Below, in pieces: positions 55,362 to 64,000 of a stretch of 64,000 nucleotides of DNA. Numbering within the stretch: the first letter of the stretch is position 1; each line of letters starts with the position of its first letter. The position numbers were made by a program, and so were the translations under genes. The notes under the pieces were generated by a model. It was given only the letters and a program-made list of their open reading frames with translations, was not told the origin of the DNA and searched no databases. The DNA is from Patescibacteria group bacterium. GTDB lineage: Bacteria; Patescibacteriota; Patescibacteriia; PEXW01. Where the stretch lies: NCBI GenBank assembly GCA_041665345.1, contig JBAYJA010000002.1, positions 97,252 to 161,251 of the forward strand, in the 5' to 3' direction.

Positions 55362-57913
55362 TTGGCGCTTTTTTCATTTCCGCAGCACACGCCCAGTTTC
55401 TGGATGAGCCGGCGGTCGTTGAAACCAGCTTCCCGTGGCTGGTCGTTGTACTTGTGGTGATTGTCGTCCTTTTGGTGTTGGTTGGACTCGTCCTGCTCCG
55501 GCAGCGCCGTCGGAAGGGCACGCCAGGGAATTTGCAAAAAGTATTTTTGCGCGTGACTTTACCCAAAGAGCAGCAAGAAGAGGAGAATGGCCAGGCTGCT
55601 TCTCGTGTGCAGCAAATGCAGGAGCAGATTAGCGTTGGTGAATCCTTCCTCTCCTTTTTGGCAAATATGCGAGCGCAGCGGTGGTACGCCACCTTGGGTC
55701 AAGGCCGTAGCGATCACTTCAGTTTGGAAATTGCCGCCATCAACGGTGAGATTTGCTTCTACGTGGTGGTGCCGCAGGTGATGCAGGAATTCATGGTGCA
55801 GCAAATCCACGCCCAGTACCCCAGCGCGGAAGTCCTGCCAGTGCCGGAGTACAATCCATTCCAACCCCGAGCTGTGACTTTGGGTGCGGCAATTGGCGTT
55901 TCTAAGAATCCACTGTTGCCTATTCTAACCTACCGGCGCATGGATGTGGATCCACTTGCCGGTCTGTTGAACATTCTGGGGAAGCTTGGGCAGGGTGAGT
56001 CTGTGGTCATTCAGTACGTCTGCCGTTCTTCTCACCCCCGGTGGCACGCTCGTGCAGGTTCGATGATTCGCGGCATTCGGGAGGGGAAGAGTACGTCGGT
56101 TGCCGGTGGGTTAGCAAAGTCGGTTGCGTCTGAGGTTATTCACACCTTCATCCCCAAAGGGAAGAAAGATGATTTGGCAGATATTCCCAAGCAACTCTCG
56201 CCCGTACAGGAGGAGCTTATTAACCGGATTCAGGAGAAGAGCGCAAAGCCTGCGTTTGACGTGAATGTCCGCATTATCGTTTCCTGCCAGAATGCGCATA
56301 CTGCCACTGCGCGCCTGCAAAATGTGGTGGACGCCTTTGGACAGTACACAGCGTCGGATACAGGGAATGGGTTTCGGAAGCGGAGCTCAGGAACCAATGA
56401 TACAATTGTCCGTTCCTTCATCTATCGGGCTTTTGATGCAAAGCGTTTTGCCTTCCATCGCATCATGTCCTTACTTACTACAGAGGAAATGGCGAGTATG
56501 TGGCACTTGCCACTGGCGAGTACGGAAACGCCAAACGTGCGCTGGATTTTGTACCGTACCGCGCCACCCCCACTTACGATTCCTAAATCTGGCATCCTGT
56601 TGGGCATCAGCCGGTACCGTGGGGATGAAACGCCTATTCGGATAGCGCGGGAAGACCGGCGACGGCATGCCTACGTGATTGGAAAATCTGGTGTAGGAAA
56701 ATCTGTGCTCATGGCGAACATGGCCTTGCAGGACATTGCCAATGGTGACGGCGTCTGCGTGGTGGATCCACACGGAGATTTGGTGATGGATATTCTTGCT
56801 CGGCTGCCCGTAAACCGGAAAGACGACGTCATCTACTTCAATCCTTCTGATACTGAACACCCGGTGGGTTTGAACATGCTGGAGGCGGATACGCCCGAGG
56901 AGCAGGATTTTGCCGTGCAGGAAATGATTGCAATTTTCATGAAGCTGTTCCCGCCGGAAGTCATTGGTCCCATGTTTGAGCACAACATGCGGAATGTGAT
57001 GCTCACGCTCATGGCGGACAAAGAAAACCCCGGGACGATTGTAGAAATTCCACGCATGTTTACCGACCCAGCTTTTCAGAAAATGAAGGTAGCAAATGTA
57101 ACTGATCCAATTGTCCGGTCCTTCTGGGAAAAGGAAATGGCCAAGACTAGTGATTTCCACAAGAGTGAAATGCTGGGCTACTTGATTAGCAAAGTTGGGC
57201 GCTTCGTAGAAAATGCCATGATGCGGAATGTGATTGGCCAGCCGCGCAGTGGCTTTGACTTCCGGAAGATAATGGATGAAGGGAAAATTCTCCTGGTAAA
57301 CTTGTCCAAGGGAACGACTGGCGAAGTGAATGCAAACCTGTTGGGGTTAATTATTGTAAGCAAACTGCAGATGACGGCTTTGCGCCGGGCAAATCTACCT
57401 CAGGAGCAGCGCCGAGATTTCTTTCTGCACATTGATGAATTTCAAAACTTCATTACCGACTCTGTGGCGACAATCCTCTCTGAAGCTCGGAAGTACCGTT
57501 TGAATCTCACCATTGGCCACCAGTACGTTGGCCAGCTGGTGCAAGGCGCGGACACGAAGATTCGCGATGCGGTCTTTGGGAACGTCGGCACCATCATTGC
57601 CTTCCGGGTGGGTGTGGAAGATGCCGAGACCTTTGCTCAAGCCTTTGCTCCAACCTTCAGTGCGTACGACGTCACGAATGTGGAAAAGTACACGGCGATT
57701 GTGAAGTTACTGGTGGACAATGCCTCATCTAAGCCATTTACCATGCAAACTTTGGCATTGAATCCTGAAGTGCCAGGCCAGGCGCAACAGCTCATTGAGC
57801 TGTCACGCATGCGGTACGGTCGCGCTCGTCAGCAGGTGGAAAGTGAAATTTTGGAACGTTCCAAGTTGGGCGTGAGCGCCCCGCCACCAATGGTCGCGGA
57901 GAAGAAGGCGTAG
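55358..57913 (+). CDS. Type IV secretion / conjugation coupling protein-like ATPase (VirD4 / TraG / TraD family)
   Basis: N-terminal TM segments. Walker A GKSGVGKS. Walker B-like HIDEFQNF. Large all-alpha domain. 851 aa. Confidence 0.6.
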   Translation: MIGAFFISAAHAQFLDEPAVVETSFPWLVVVLVVIVVLLVLVGLVLLRQRRRKGTPGNLQKVFLRVTLPKEQQEEENGQAASRVQQMQEQISVGESFLSFLANMRAQRWYATLGQGRSDHFSLEIAAINGEICFYVVVPQVMQEFMVQQIHAQYPSAEVLPVPEYNPFQPRAVTLGAAIGVSKNPLLPILTYRRMDVDPLAGLLNILGKLGQGESVVIQYVCRSSHPRWHARAGSMIRGIREGKSTSVAGGLAKSVASEVIHTFIPKGKKDDLADIPKQLSPVQEELINRIQEKSAKPAFDVNVRIIVSCQNAHTATARLQNVVDAFGQYTASDTGNGFRKRSSGTNDTIVRSFIYRAFDAKRFAFHRIMSLLTTEEMASMWHLPLASTETPNVRWILYRTAPPPLTIPKSGILLGISRYRGDETPIRIAREDRRRHAYVIGKSGVGKSVLMANMALQDIANGDGVCVVDPHGDLVMDILARLPVNRKDDVIYFNPSDTEHPVGLNMLEADTPEEQDFAVQEMIAIFMKLFPPEVIGPMFEHNMRNVMLTLMADKENPGTIVEIPRMFTDPAFQKMKVANVTDPIVRSFWEKEMAKTSDFHKSEMLGYLISKVGRFVENAMMRNVIGQPRSGFDFRKIMDEGKILLVNLSKGTTGEVNANLLGLIIVSKLQMTALRRANLPQEQRRDFFLHIDEFQNFITDSVATILSEARKYRLNLTIGHQYVGQLVQGADTKIRDAVFGNVGTIIAFRVGVEDAETFAQAFAPTFSAYDVTNVEKYTAIVKLLVDNASSKPFTMQTLALNPEVPGQAQQLIELSRMRYGRARQQVESEILERSKLGVSAPPPMVAEKKA

Positions 57914-57923
57914 GGCAGTATTT

Positions 57924-60857
57924 ATGAAAGGATCCAGAAAACGTATGCACCAGGAAACTGAAGTTACAACGCGAGGTCTTACATTGACCCAGGTGACTGC
58001 GGGAATTTACCTGGTGACCAGTGTCCTTGCAACTGGGGCTATTGCTGCAGCATTACTGGTGCAGTTGTCTACGAAAACACCCGCGACAAAGCCTGCTCTG
58101 ACCGCCTGTACTCCAGTAGCTGTCCAGACACCCATGCAGCTAGCGAATGCATCCACTACCACCCGCAAAGCAATTACCACCTCTTTTCAGGTGGTAAACC
58201 AAAAGGTGCTAGATGCCCAAGCAGCAAAGCTCACTGATGCACAGCTCATCCAAGCGGCAAAGAATCGGAAAGAGTACTTTTTGAAAATGGCCGCCTTGGA
58301 TCCCGCCAGCTTGCTCAAGAACCTCTCCTCAGCATCCGTCAGAAATCGTTTAGCAGGAATAAGCACGAATTGTGTGGAGCAGAAAGAAATTGCGGAAGGA
58401 GTTGTGGAAATCCAAATTGCTGAAGATCTCATTGGGGAACGAGACTGGCATTTTTACGCGCTCAAACAAGCAGACGGTACACGCCTCCAGTTATTCCCAG
58501 CGAAAGGGGAACTAAAAATTTCCGCTGGCTCGCAAATTCGGGTGCAGGGTTTCAAACTTGATGATAAAGTAGTTTTTGATGCAACGCGCGATATAGCCGC
58601 AGTTCCGTCAGCAAGCCCTGATGATAGTGGGTATGTAGTGCAAAACTATCGCAGTCCTAGTGTTGTGCAGGGTGAGCAAAAGACTTTGGTTATTCTGGGA
58701 ACTTTTGCAAATAGCAGCACGCCAACCGGGGACGTGAGTGTGGTAAATGTGCAAGAGAAAATGCAAGAGGTGAATAATTACTTTGTGGAAGTTTCAAACC
58801 AGCGGATGAACATTGCTGCACTGCAAGCCGATGGTCAAGCAGCAGATGTCCGAGGTTGGTACAATTTAGATATTCCAGAAAGTTGCGATCGAAATATTGT
58901 TGTTGCCTCTGCGATTCGTGCTGCCGATGCTGAAATTGATTTCAGCGCTTATTATAACGTCATTGTCTACGCCCCAATTGAAACTTTACCCTGTGGGTTC
59001 AGCGGTGTGGCATCGCTAGGTGGCAATGAGCAAATGGTAACAAATGATGGCACAGTTTCTTTAGCAATGGCATGGATAATATTCAAAACTGAATTTTTCC
59101 CAATGTACTTCATGGGGACGACCACCCATGAGATGGGGCATCTTATAGGCCTGCAGCATGCAGCACGTCTTTACAATAGAACTTTTCCATTAAATGATGG
59201 GACAGACATTATTGGACAATATGGAGATCCGTACGATGTTATGGGTAATGTACAAAGGCACGGGTCCTTTAATGGCCCACATAAAGAATTTTTAGGCTGG
59301 ATGCAACCTGAGAATAGTAGGACGGTGTTGGCTAGTGGGGACTACACTATTTACCCTTTAGAATTCAATGGCGGCGGTACCCAACTTGTAAAGATTCCAC
59401 GCTCCTCAAATCAGTTTATTACTATTGAATACCGACAGCCGATTGGTGTCGATTTTGACTTGCCAGTGAGCGTTTACACCGGTGGACTTGTGCATTTAAT
59501 GAATCAGGATAACACCATGACCACGATGCTTGATGTTGATGACCCAACGAGCGATGAAAGTTACGTACTGGGGATTGGGCAATCAGTAACTGACCCACGT
59601 TCTGGGACGGTTATTCAGGTTTTGAGTGCAACGAGTGAAAGTTTACAAATACGTGTGAACATTGGGAATGTTGATTTTATACCACCTGTATTTTCCCATA
59701 ATTTCATTAGTGGATCTAGCATTTCGGGACCTTTCCAGATAATGGTTTCAGCTACTGACGAATCTCAGATTGAAAAAGTTGTTGTTGAGTTGGATGGTCT
59801 TAATATTCTGCTGTGTGAAGATTTTTCATTCCCATACCAGTGTACTTGCAGTCTTCCAGAAGATTTATCCGATGGTAATTATTACCTGCGAATAAAAGTT
59901 TTCGATCGTGTTGGGAATATCGGGATAAAATACGTTTCGTTCCTGTCCACCCAACATGGTGACGTGGGTTTGTTTTCAGATATTCCAAATGGTGCGTACA
60001 TAAAAAATGGTATGCCCGCAACACTTCTAGTGCGTGGGATTACCCCTTTGTCTCTCCCTGGATCAAGTGTAGATATGTGCCTCATGCCATCTAGCGGAGT
60101 AGTCCCAATTTATTGCCGGTATGATTATGATGCTCCATTTACGTATACGCTTTCGACCACAGGGATTAGTAATGGATATCATCGCGTACGTTTTTCTTTT
60201 TATGATGAGGTTTTTCACTACTGGGAACTAACACGAAATGTGGTTATTGACACAATTGCGCCATTTGGCTCATTTAGTTACCCCGATCCTGGAGTGGTGA
60301 TATCAGACAATATTTTTACGAGCCAGGTTTACTATGAAGATCAATTTGGTACTGAGAAGATAGAGTTCTTTAAGGGAGACGAACAAGAGCCATTAGTCAC
60401 CATTCATATTCCTCAAGATTTCACTTACTTAAATTTACACGATTTTCCTGAAGGGGAAACAACATTACGTGCAAAAATTTATGATTTTTCTGGAAATACC
60501 CGGGACGTAGAAACAACTTTTCGGGTAATGTACAATCGTCCTTGTGGTGATGTTGATGCTTCTGGTGTCACAGATATCACCGATGCTGTTTTTTTAATAA
60601 ACTACCTGTTCGGTGGTTCATCCCAGAATCCCTCCCCGTACAGATTTGGAGATCCTGACGGGAGTGGATTCATTTCTGTTTCTGATGCGGTGTACCTCAT
60701 CAATTACATCTTTGGGGGTGGACCAGCCCCGGTCTGTGGGTTGCAAGGCTTTGTGAAAAAAGCGCCGGATATGACCGAAGGGTGGACTTTGGAATCCTTC
60801 AAGCAGAAGTATCCGCAGGCCTTTACCAGCCAGGCTGAGGGCAAGCCGCAAGATTGA
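57924..60857 (+). CDS. Secreted metzincin-like zinc metalloprotease with C-terminal dockerin repeats
   Basis: N-terminal TM or signal. HEMGHLIGLQH equals the HExxHxxGxxH metzincin signature. C-terminus DVDASGVTDITDAVFLINYLFGG / DPDGSGFISVSDAVYLINYIFGG are two dockerin-type Ca-binding repeats. 977 aa. Confidence 0.6.
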   Translation: MKGSRKRMHQETEVTTRGLTLTQVTAGIYLVTSVLATGAIAAALLVQLSTKTPATKPALTACTPVAVQTPMQLANASTTTRKAITTSFQVVNQKVLDAQAAKLTDAQLIQAAKNRKEYFLKMAALDPASLLKNLSSASVRNRLAGISTNCVEQKEIAEGVVEIQIAEDLIGERDWHFYALKQADGTRLQLFPAKGELKISAGSQIRVQGFKLDDKVVFDATRDIAAVPSASPDDSGYVVQNYRSPSVVQGEQKTLVILGTFANSSTPTGDVSVVNVQEKMQEVNNYFVEVSNQRMNIAALQADGQAADVRGWYNLDIPESCDRNIVVASAIRAADAEIDFSAYYNVIVYAPIETLPCGFSGVASLGGNEQMVTNDGTVSLAMAWIIFKTEFFPMYFMGTTTHEMGHLIGLQHAARLYNRTFPLNDGTDIIGQYGDPYDVMGNVQRHGSFNGPHKEFLGWMQPENSRTVLASGDYTIYPLEFNGGGTQLVKIPRSSNQFITIEYRQPIGVDFDLPVSVYTGGLVHLMNQDNTMTTMLDVDDPTSDESYVLGIGQSVTDPRSGTVIQVLSATSESLQIRVNIGNVDFIPPVFSHNFISGSSISGPFQIMVSATDESQIEKVVVELDGLNILLCEDFSFPYQCTCSLPEDLSDGNYYLRIKVFDRVGNIGIKYVSFLSTQHGDVGLFSDIPNGAYIKNGMPATLLVRGITPLSLPGSSVDMCLMPSSGVVPIYCRYDYDAPFTYTLSTTGISNGYHRVRFSFYDEVFHYWELTRNVVIDTIAPFGSFSYPDPGVVISDNIFTSQVYYEDQFGTEKIEFFKGDEQEPLVTIHIPQDFTYLNLHDFPEGETTLRAKIYDFSGNTRDVETTFRVMYNRPCGDVDASGVTDITDAVFLINYLFGGSSQNPSPYRFGDPDGSGFISVSDAVYLINYIFGGGPAPVCGLQGFVKKAPDMTEGWTLESFKQKYPQAFTSQAEGKPQD

Positions 60858-61399
60858 GCGTGTTTATACCCATCCTGCTATTTTTAGTATTTCTGCTCGT
60901 CGCCACCGCTGCTTACGCCGGGTACCGGGCTGCACCGTGGTTACCCACCCGCGCAGCTGATGCGCAACGGTTGGTGGATTTGGCCGGGGTCCAAAGTGGT
61001 GACGTAGTTTACGAGCTTGGAGCAGGTGATGGGCGGGTGTTGCTCCCATTCACAAAAACCCAAGCAAAGTCCATTGTTGGTTTTGAGATATCCCTTGTCC
61101 CATATTTGATTGGGCTTTTTCGGATCCGAAAATTTCGGCCCAGGGTTGCGTTGCGCTTCCGGGATTTCTTCAAAGTCTCGTTCAATGAGGCGCAGGTTGT
61201 TTACTGCTTTCTTACCCCCAAAGCTATGGCAGCGCTGGCGCCGAAGTTCCGGCAGGAATTACAACCAGGGACGCGGGTGCTCTCTTACGCTTTTCCCATT
61301 CCTGGTTGGGAGCCGGAGCAGGTGAGTAAGCCCACGCCGGAGCAGATGGCGATTTATAAGTACATCGTGGGGGAGAGCCGTAGAGCTGTAGAGCGGTAG
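60854..61399 (+). CDS. Class I SAM-dependent methyltransferase with N-terminal TM
   Basis: Motif I VVYELGAGDGRVLL. ATGA overlap with the upstream gene. Confidence 0.5.
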   Translation: MSVFIPILLFLVFLLVATAAYAGYRAAPWLPTRAADAQRLVDLAGVQSGDVVYELGAGDGRVLLPFTKTQAKSIVGFEISLVPYLIGLFRIRKFRPRVALRFRDFFKVSFNEAQVVYCFLTPKAMAALAPKFRQELQPGTRVLSYAFPIPGWEPEQVSKPTPEQMAIYKYIVGESRRAVER

Positions 61400-61425
61400 G
61401 CAGAGAGATCTGTGTACGTGCTATT

Positions 61426-61539
61426 TGTCGTTGCGAGGAACGAGTCATCGAGTGACGCGGCAATCCCGTTGAACTTTGGAACCAAACTGGTTCTATATAC
61501 GTCGGGATTGCCACGCTCCTGCTGGAGCTCGCAATGACA
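61426..61539. mobile_element. MITE-like element, family B, inverted orientation (114 bp)
   Basis: TGTCGTTGCGAGGAACGAGTCATCGAGTGACGCGGCAATCCCG ... CGGGATTGCCACGCTCCTGCTGGAGCTCGCAATGACA, matching the 34513-34675 element in reverse complement. Confidence 0.5.
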
Positions 61540-61620
61540 GAGGGAGGGGCTTGACCCCTCTCCAATCCCCATGGTACATTCTGCCTAGGAAAACACACCT
61601 CCACATCCTCTAATAAACAT

Positions 61621-62298
61621 ATGCCAGAACAAACCCCAGACCCCATAGCAATCGTCAAACAGCTGCTCGCTGAGGCCAAAGCCTCCCTCCAGTCCGCCGA
61701 GCAGGTTTTAGCGTCCCTTGGGGGCGAAGCCGGTGAAGCGGTGAACATTGCCGCCCTGGCGCGGAAGGCGGGTTCTTCGTCTATAACCGGTGACAGCCGG
61801 GTGATTGAAGGGCTTTTTGATGGCCAGCACATGGTTGGCCCAGATGGGAAGCAGTACTCGGTGCCGGCAAACTACGCCTCAAAGTCGAAGCTCGTTGAAG
61901 GCGATAAATTGAAGCTCACCATTACCGGTGACGGTTCCTTCATCTACAAGCAGATTGGCCCAACGGAACGCGTTCGGGTGGTTGGCAAGTTGGTACGGGA
62001 TGAGCAGACAGATGAATTCCAAGTTGTGGCTAACGGTGTGAATTACCGGGTGCTGCTCGCCAGTATTACCTACTTCAAAGGTGACGTGGGTGATGACGTG
62101 GTCATTCTCCTACCCGAAGGTCGGCAAGCGCGCTGGGCAGCCGTAGAAAATATCATTAAGAAGATTCCTGGGCAAGAGTATGTTCCGCCAGTGGTTGACC
62201 CTGTGGTTGCCCCACGGGAAATGCTACCCGATGTATCTGAAGATGAGCCAGTTGCAGTGCAGAGTCCAGAGTCGCAGGATAAGATTGACGAGATTTAA
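61621..62298 (+). CDS. Hypothetical protein (225 aa)
   Basis: No recognisable motif. A terminator hairpin at 62310-62340 follows. Confidence 0.45.
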   Translation: MPEQTPDPIAIVKQLLAEAKASLQSAEQVLASLGGEAGEAVNIAALARKAGSSSITGDSRVIEGLFDGQHMVGPDGKQYSVPANYASKSKLVEGDKLKLTITGDGSFIYKQIGPTERVRVVGKLVRDEQTDEFQVVANGVNYRVLLASITYFKGDVGDDVVILLPEGRQARWAAVENIIKKIPGQEYVPPVVDPVVAPREMLPDVSEDEPVAVQSPESQDKIDEI

Positions 62299-62368
62299 TC
62301 ACTTTCTTGGAATAGCAAAACCGCTCCTTCCGGAGCGGTTTTGCATTTGAAGGTTTCAGGAACCTGGA

Positions 62369-62680
62369 TTACCAGGAATTGCGACCCCCACCGAAGTTAC
62401 CACCACCGCCACCGGTGCGTGGAGGGCGGTTCTCCATCGGGCGCGCTTCGTTGACGGTCAACGTGCGGCCTTCGAAGTCCTTACCGTTCCACAGCTCGAT
62501 AGCTTTTGCAGCATCTTCATCGGCTGCCATTTCCACGAAGCCGAAGCCTCGGGAGCGGCCAGTGACTTTGTCCGTGATGATTGTCGCGGACGTCACAGCA
62601 CCGGCTTGTTCAAACGCTTGACGAAGGCCATCCTCCGTCGTGTTGTAGGGGATGCCCCCCACGTAGAGTTTCTTTGCCAT
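62369..62680 (-). CDS. RRM-type RNA-binding protein with Gly-rich tail
   Basis: RNP2 LYVGGI, RNP1 RGFGFVEM, C-terminal GGGGNFGGGRNSW. Confidence 0.8.
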   Translation of the reverse strand: MAKKLYVGGIPYNTTEDGLRQAFEQAGAVTSATIITDKVTGRSRGFGFVEMAADEDAAKAIELWNGKDFEGRTLTVNEARPMENRPPRTGGGGGNFGGGRNSW

Positions 62681-62805
62681 TGTTGCTTGTATATTCTAAA
62701 ACGAAAACGTAAGTCGACCGATTCTCGCACACTTGTCGAACTCTTTGGCAAGAGGGACACACGTGGAGAACTTACGCAGAAAGTATACAGGAATGGGAGA
62801 AATTG

Positions 62806-63210
62806 TCAATCCCCATGGCTTGCACCCCGTTTGCTGGGCTTTACATGTTTTACGTACTCCGTAATGAGGTAGAGGCAGAGCACCGTACCCGTAATAATTG
62901 GTAGGTCTTCAGGGAGGTGGTAGGGGTTTGTGGCAGGAGCAAAGGTCATAACACAGGTCAATCCAATGAGGGTGACCAGCCAGAGGAGCACGAAAAGTTC
63001 GCCTTTGAGGTTTTTGCTTGAGAAGTGTTTGCGGAGCCGGGAAATTTCTTTGTCACCCACGTAGGTAGCAACGAGGGTAACGTAGAGCGTTGAAAGAGCA
63101 GTGGGGACGTGAAATTCTTGATGGGTAAAAAATTCCACTAGCACTAAAAGCCACACCACGATACTCAGGGTATCGAAAAGGAAGAGAAAGGTGCGGAGGC
63201 GATACATCAC
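62806..63210 (-). CDS. Membrane protein (134 aa, 4 TM)
   Basis: Hydrophobic ORF. Confidence 0.4.
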   Translation of the reverse strand: MMYRLRTFLFLFDTLSIVVWLLVLVEFFTHQEFHVPTALSTLYVTLVATYVGDKEISRLRKHFSSKNLKGELFVLLWLVTLIGLTCVMTFAPATNPYHLPEDLPIITGTVLCLYLITEYVKHVKPSKRGASHGD

Positions 63211-63231
63211 GCAGGCAGCAGGTTACTCCGG

Positions 63232-64000
63232 TTAGAGTTGCTCAGTTGTCTGTTGGGTAGCCGTGAAAACTTGGGGGTACTTTCCTTTGAATTGTTCGTA
63301 CGTCATCCCCTGCGTTGGATTCACTGCACGTTTGACGCTGGTGCTCCCGGTTGGGCATTTTGGTGCTGACCCACCGGCGAAGATGTAGTTGATGAGGTAC
63401 ACCGCATCGGTGATGCTCACTTCGCCTGAGGCATCTACATCACCTTGGCTTAAGGGTGTTGGTACTGACCCACCGGCGAAGATGTAGTTGATGAGGTACA
63501 CCGCATCGGTGATGGTGACTAGGTTGTCTCCGTCAACGTCTCCATTCGTTCGGGTTGTGCCGTCCGTACAGCTGGTGTCAACATTGCACGCTTGGTTTGG
63601 TGACCCATCAGCGCACATACCCACGCAGGCTGGGTCGGCGGTGCTTCCATCTGCAGTTGGGAGGCAAAGGGTAGGAATTGTGGGACGTAAGGTTTGGTTC
63701 TGTTTCACATGTGGCCACTGCGCACTACGTACAGAGGTCGCAATCTCTCCATCCCAGCGGAAGATGTAGCTTGTATTTGTCGCCGGAACCAAGATTTCAG
63801 GCTTTCCGTCAACGTCGAAATCCGCTACTACTGGTGGGCGATAACCAGTAATCGATGCATTGGTTGCGTATGGGGAACCCGAAGTATGCTGGCCATCTGC
63901 ATTTAATATCGCAACTTGGCAATTGGTTTGGGTGGACGAATTCGTGGTCACCACAATCTCTGGGGATAGATCTCCGTTTACATCGTTTAATAATACATTT
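63232..64000 (-). CDS. Secreted FG-GAP-like / dockerin-repeat protein, C-terminal part (gene continues past window end)
   Basis: The frame stays open upstream of the annotated start to position 64000 (...DVNGDLSPEIVVTTNSS...). FG-GAP-like DFDVDGKPEILVPA. Two dockerin repeats: DVDGDNLVTITDAVYLINYIFAGG and DVDASGEVSITDAVYLINYIFAGG. Confidence 0.5.
   Translation of the reverse strand, partial: NVLLNDVNGDLSPEIVVTTNSSTQTNCQVAILNADGQHTSGSPYATNASITGYRPPVVADFDVDGKPEILVPATNTSYIFRWDGEIATSVRSAQWPHVKQNQTLRPTIPTLCLPTADGSTADPACVGMCADGSPNQACNVDTSCTDGTTRTNGDVDGDNLVTITDAVYLINYIFAGGSVPTPLSQGDVDASGEVSITDAVYLINYIFAGGSAPKCPTGSTSVKRAVNPTQGMTYEQFKGKYPQVFTATQQTTEQL

Noticed and set aside
56471-57160. 229-aa minus-strand ORF inside the T4CP gene.
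   Set aside because: Antisense shadow ORF within a Walker A/B-containing, well-supported gene.

Overview
This is a 64-kb bacterial chromosomal window of about 50% GC, dense with genes and with intergenic repeats. Core genes are the HrcA/CIRCE heat-shock operon (hrcA-grpE-hsp20-Zn-ribbon-dnaK), dnaJ, cysS, a tRNA-dihydrouridine synthase, signal peptidase I, a type IV pilin and an RRM RNA-binding protein. Other recognisable genes are two DedA paralogs, a GT4 glycosyltransferase, an alpha/beta hydrolase and a CorA-like transporter. Four features stand out. (1) A roughly 13-kb co-directional array (406-13800, minus strand) of about 20 mostly small membrane or secreted protein genes, each preceded by a conserved two-hairpin, A-tract and RBS leader module. 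These modules are mosaic and shared between non-paralogous genes, which makes the array look like gene cassettes. (2) An AT-rich two-gene insertion directly after dnaK encoding a SIR2_2-family (GAGxS / NYD / HGS motifs) protein plus an unknown 190-aa partner, a candidate NADase-type defence module. It opens a roughly 13-kb accessory island between dnaK and dnaJ carrying NUDIX x2, HTH-Fic, PNPOx-like, Cys-rich proteins and a GIY-YIG nuclease. Several of these genes sit behind a shared GC-rich motif CCGCCCCGCCCGCTGCGTGGGG placed just upstream of extended -10 promoters. (3) Two families of MITE-like inverted-repeat elements (termini TGTCATYCTGARTC and TGTCATTGCGAG), one adjacent to an intact GIY-YIG gene and one composite copy carrying a GIY-YIG remnant. 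(4) A VirD4/TraG-like coupling ATPase next to a 977-aa secreted metzincin (HExxHxxGxxH) with C-terminal dockerin repeats. I also see a promoter-to-terminator unit at about 20.8-21.2 kb with no convincing ORF (candidate ncRNA), a membrane-anchored ClpB D1-only fragment, and a 33-aa GG-containing peptide gene upstream of a YvpB/C39-like peptidase. No rRNA, CRISPR array or convincing tRNA was found.
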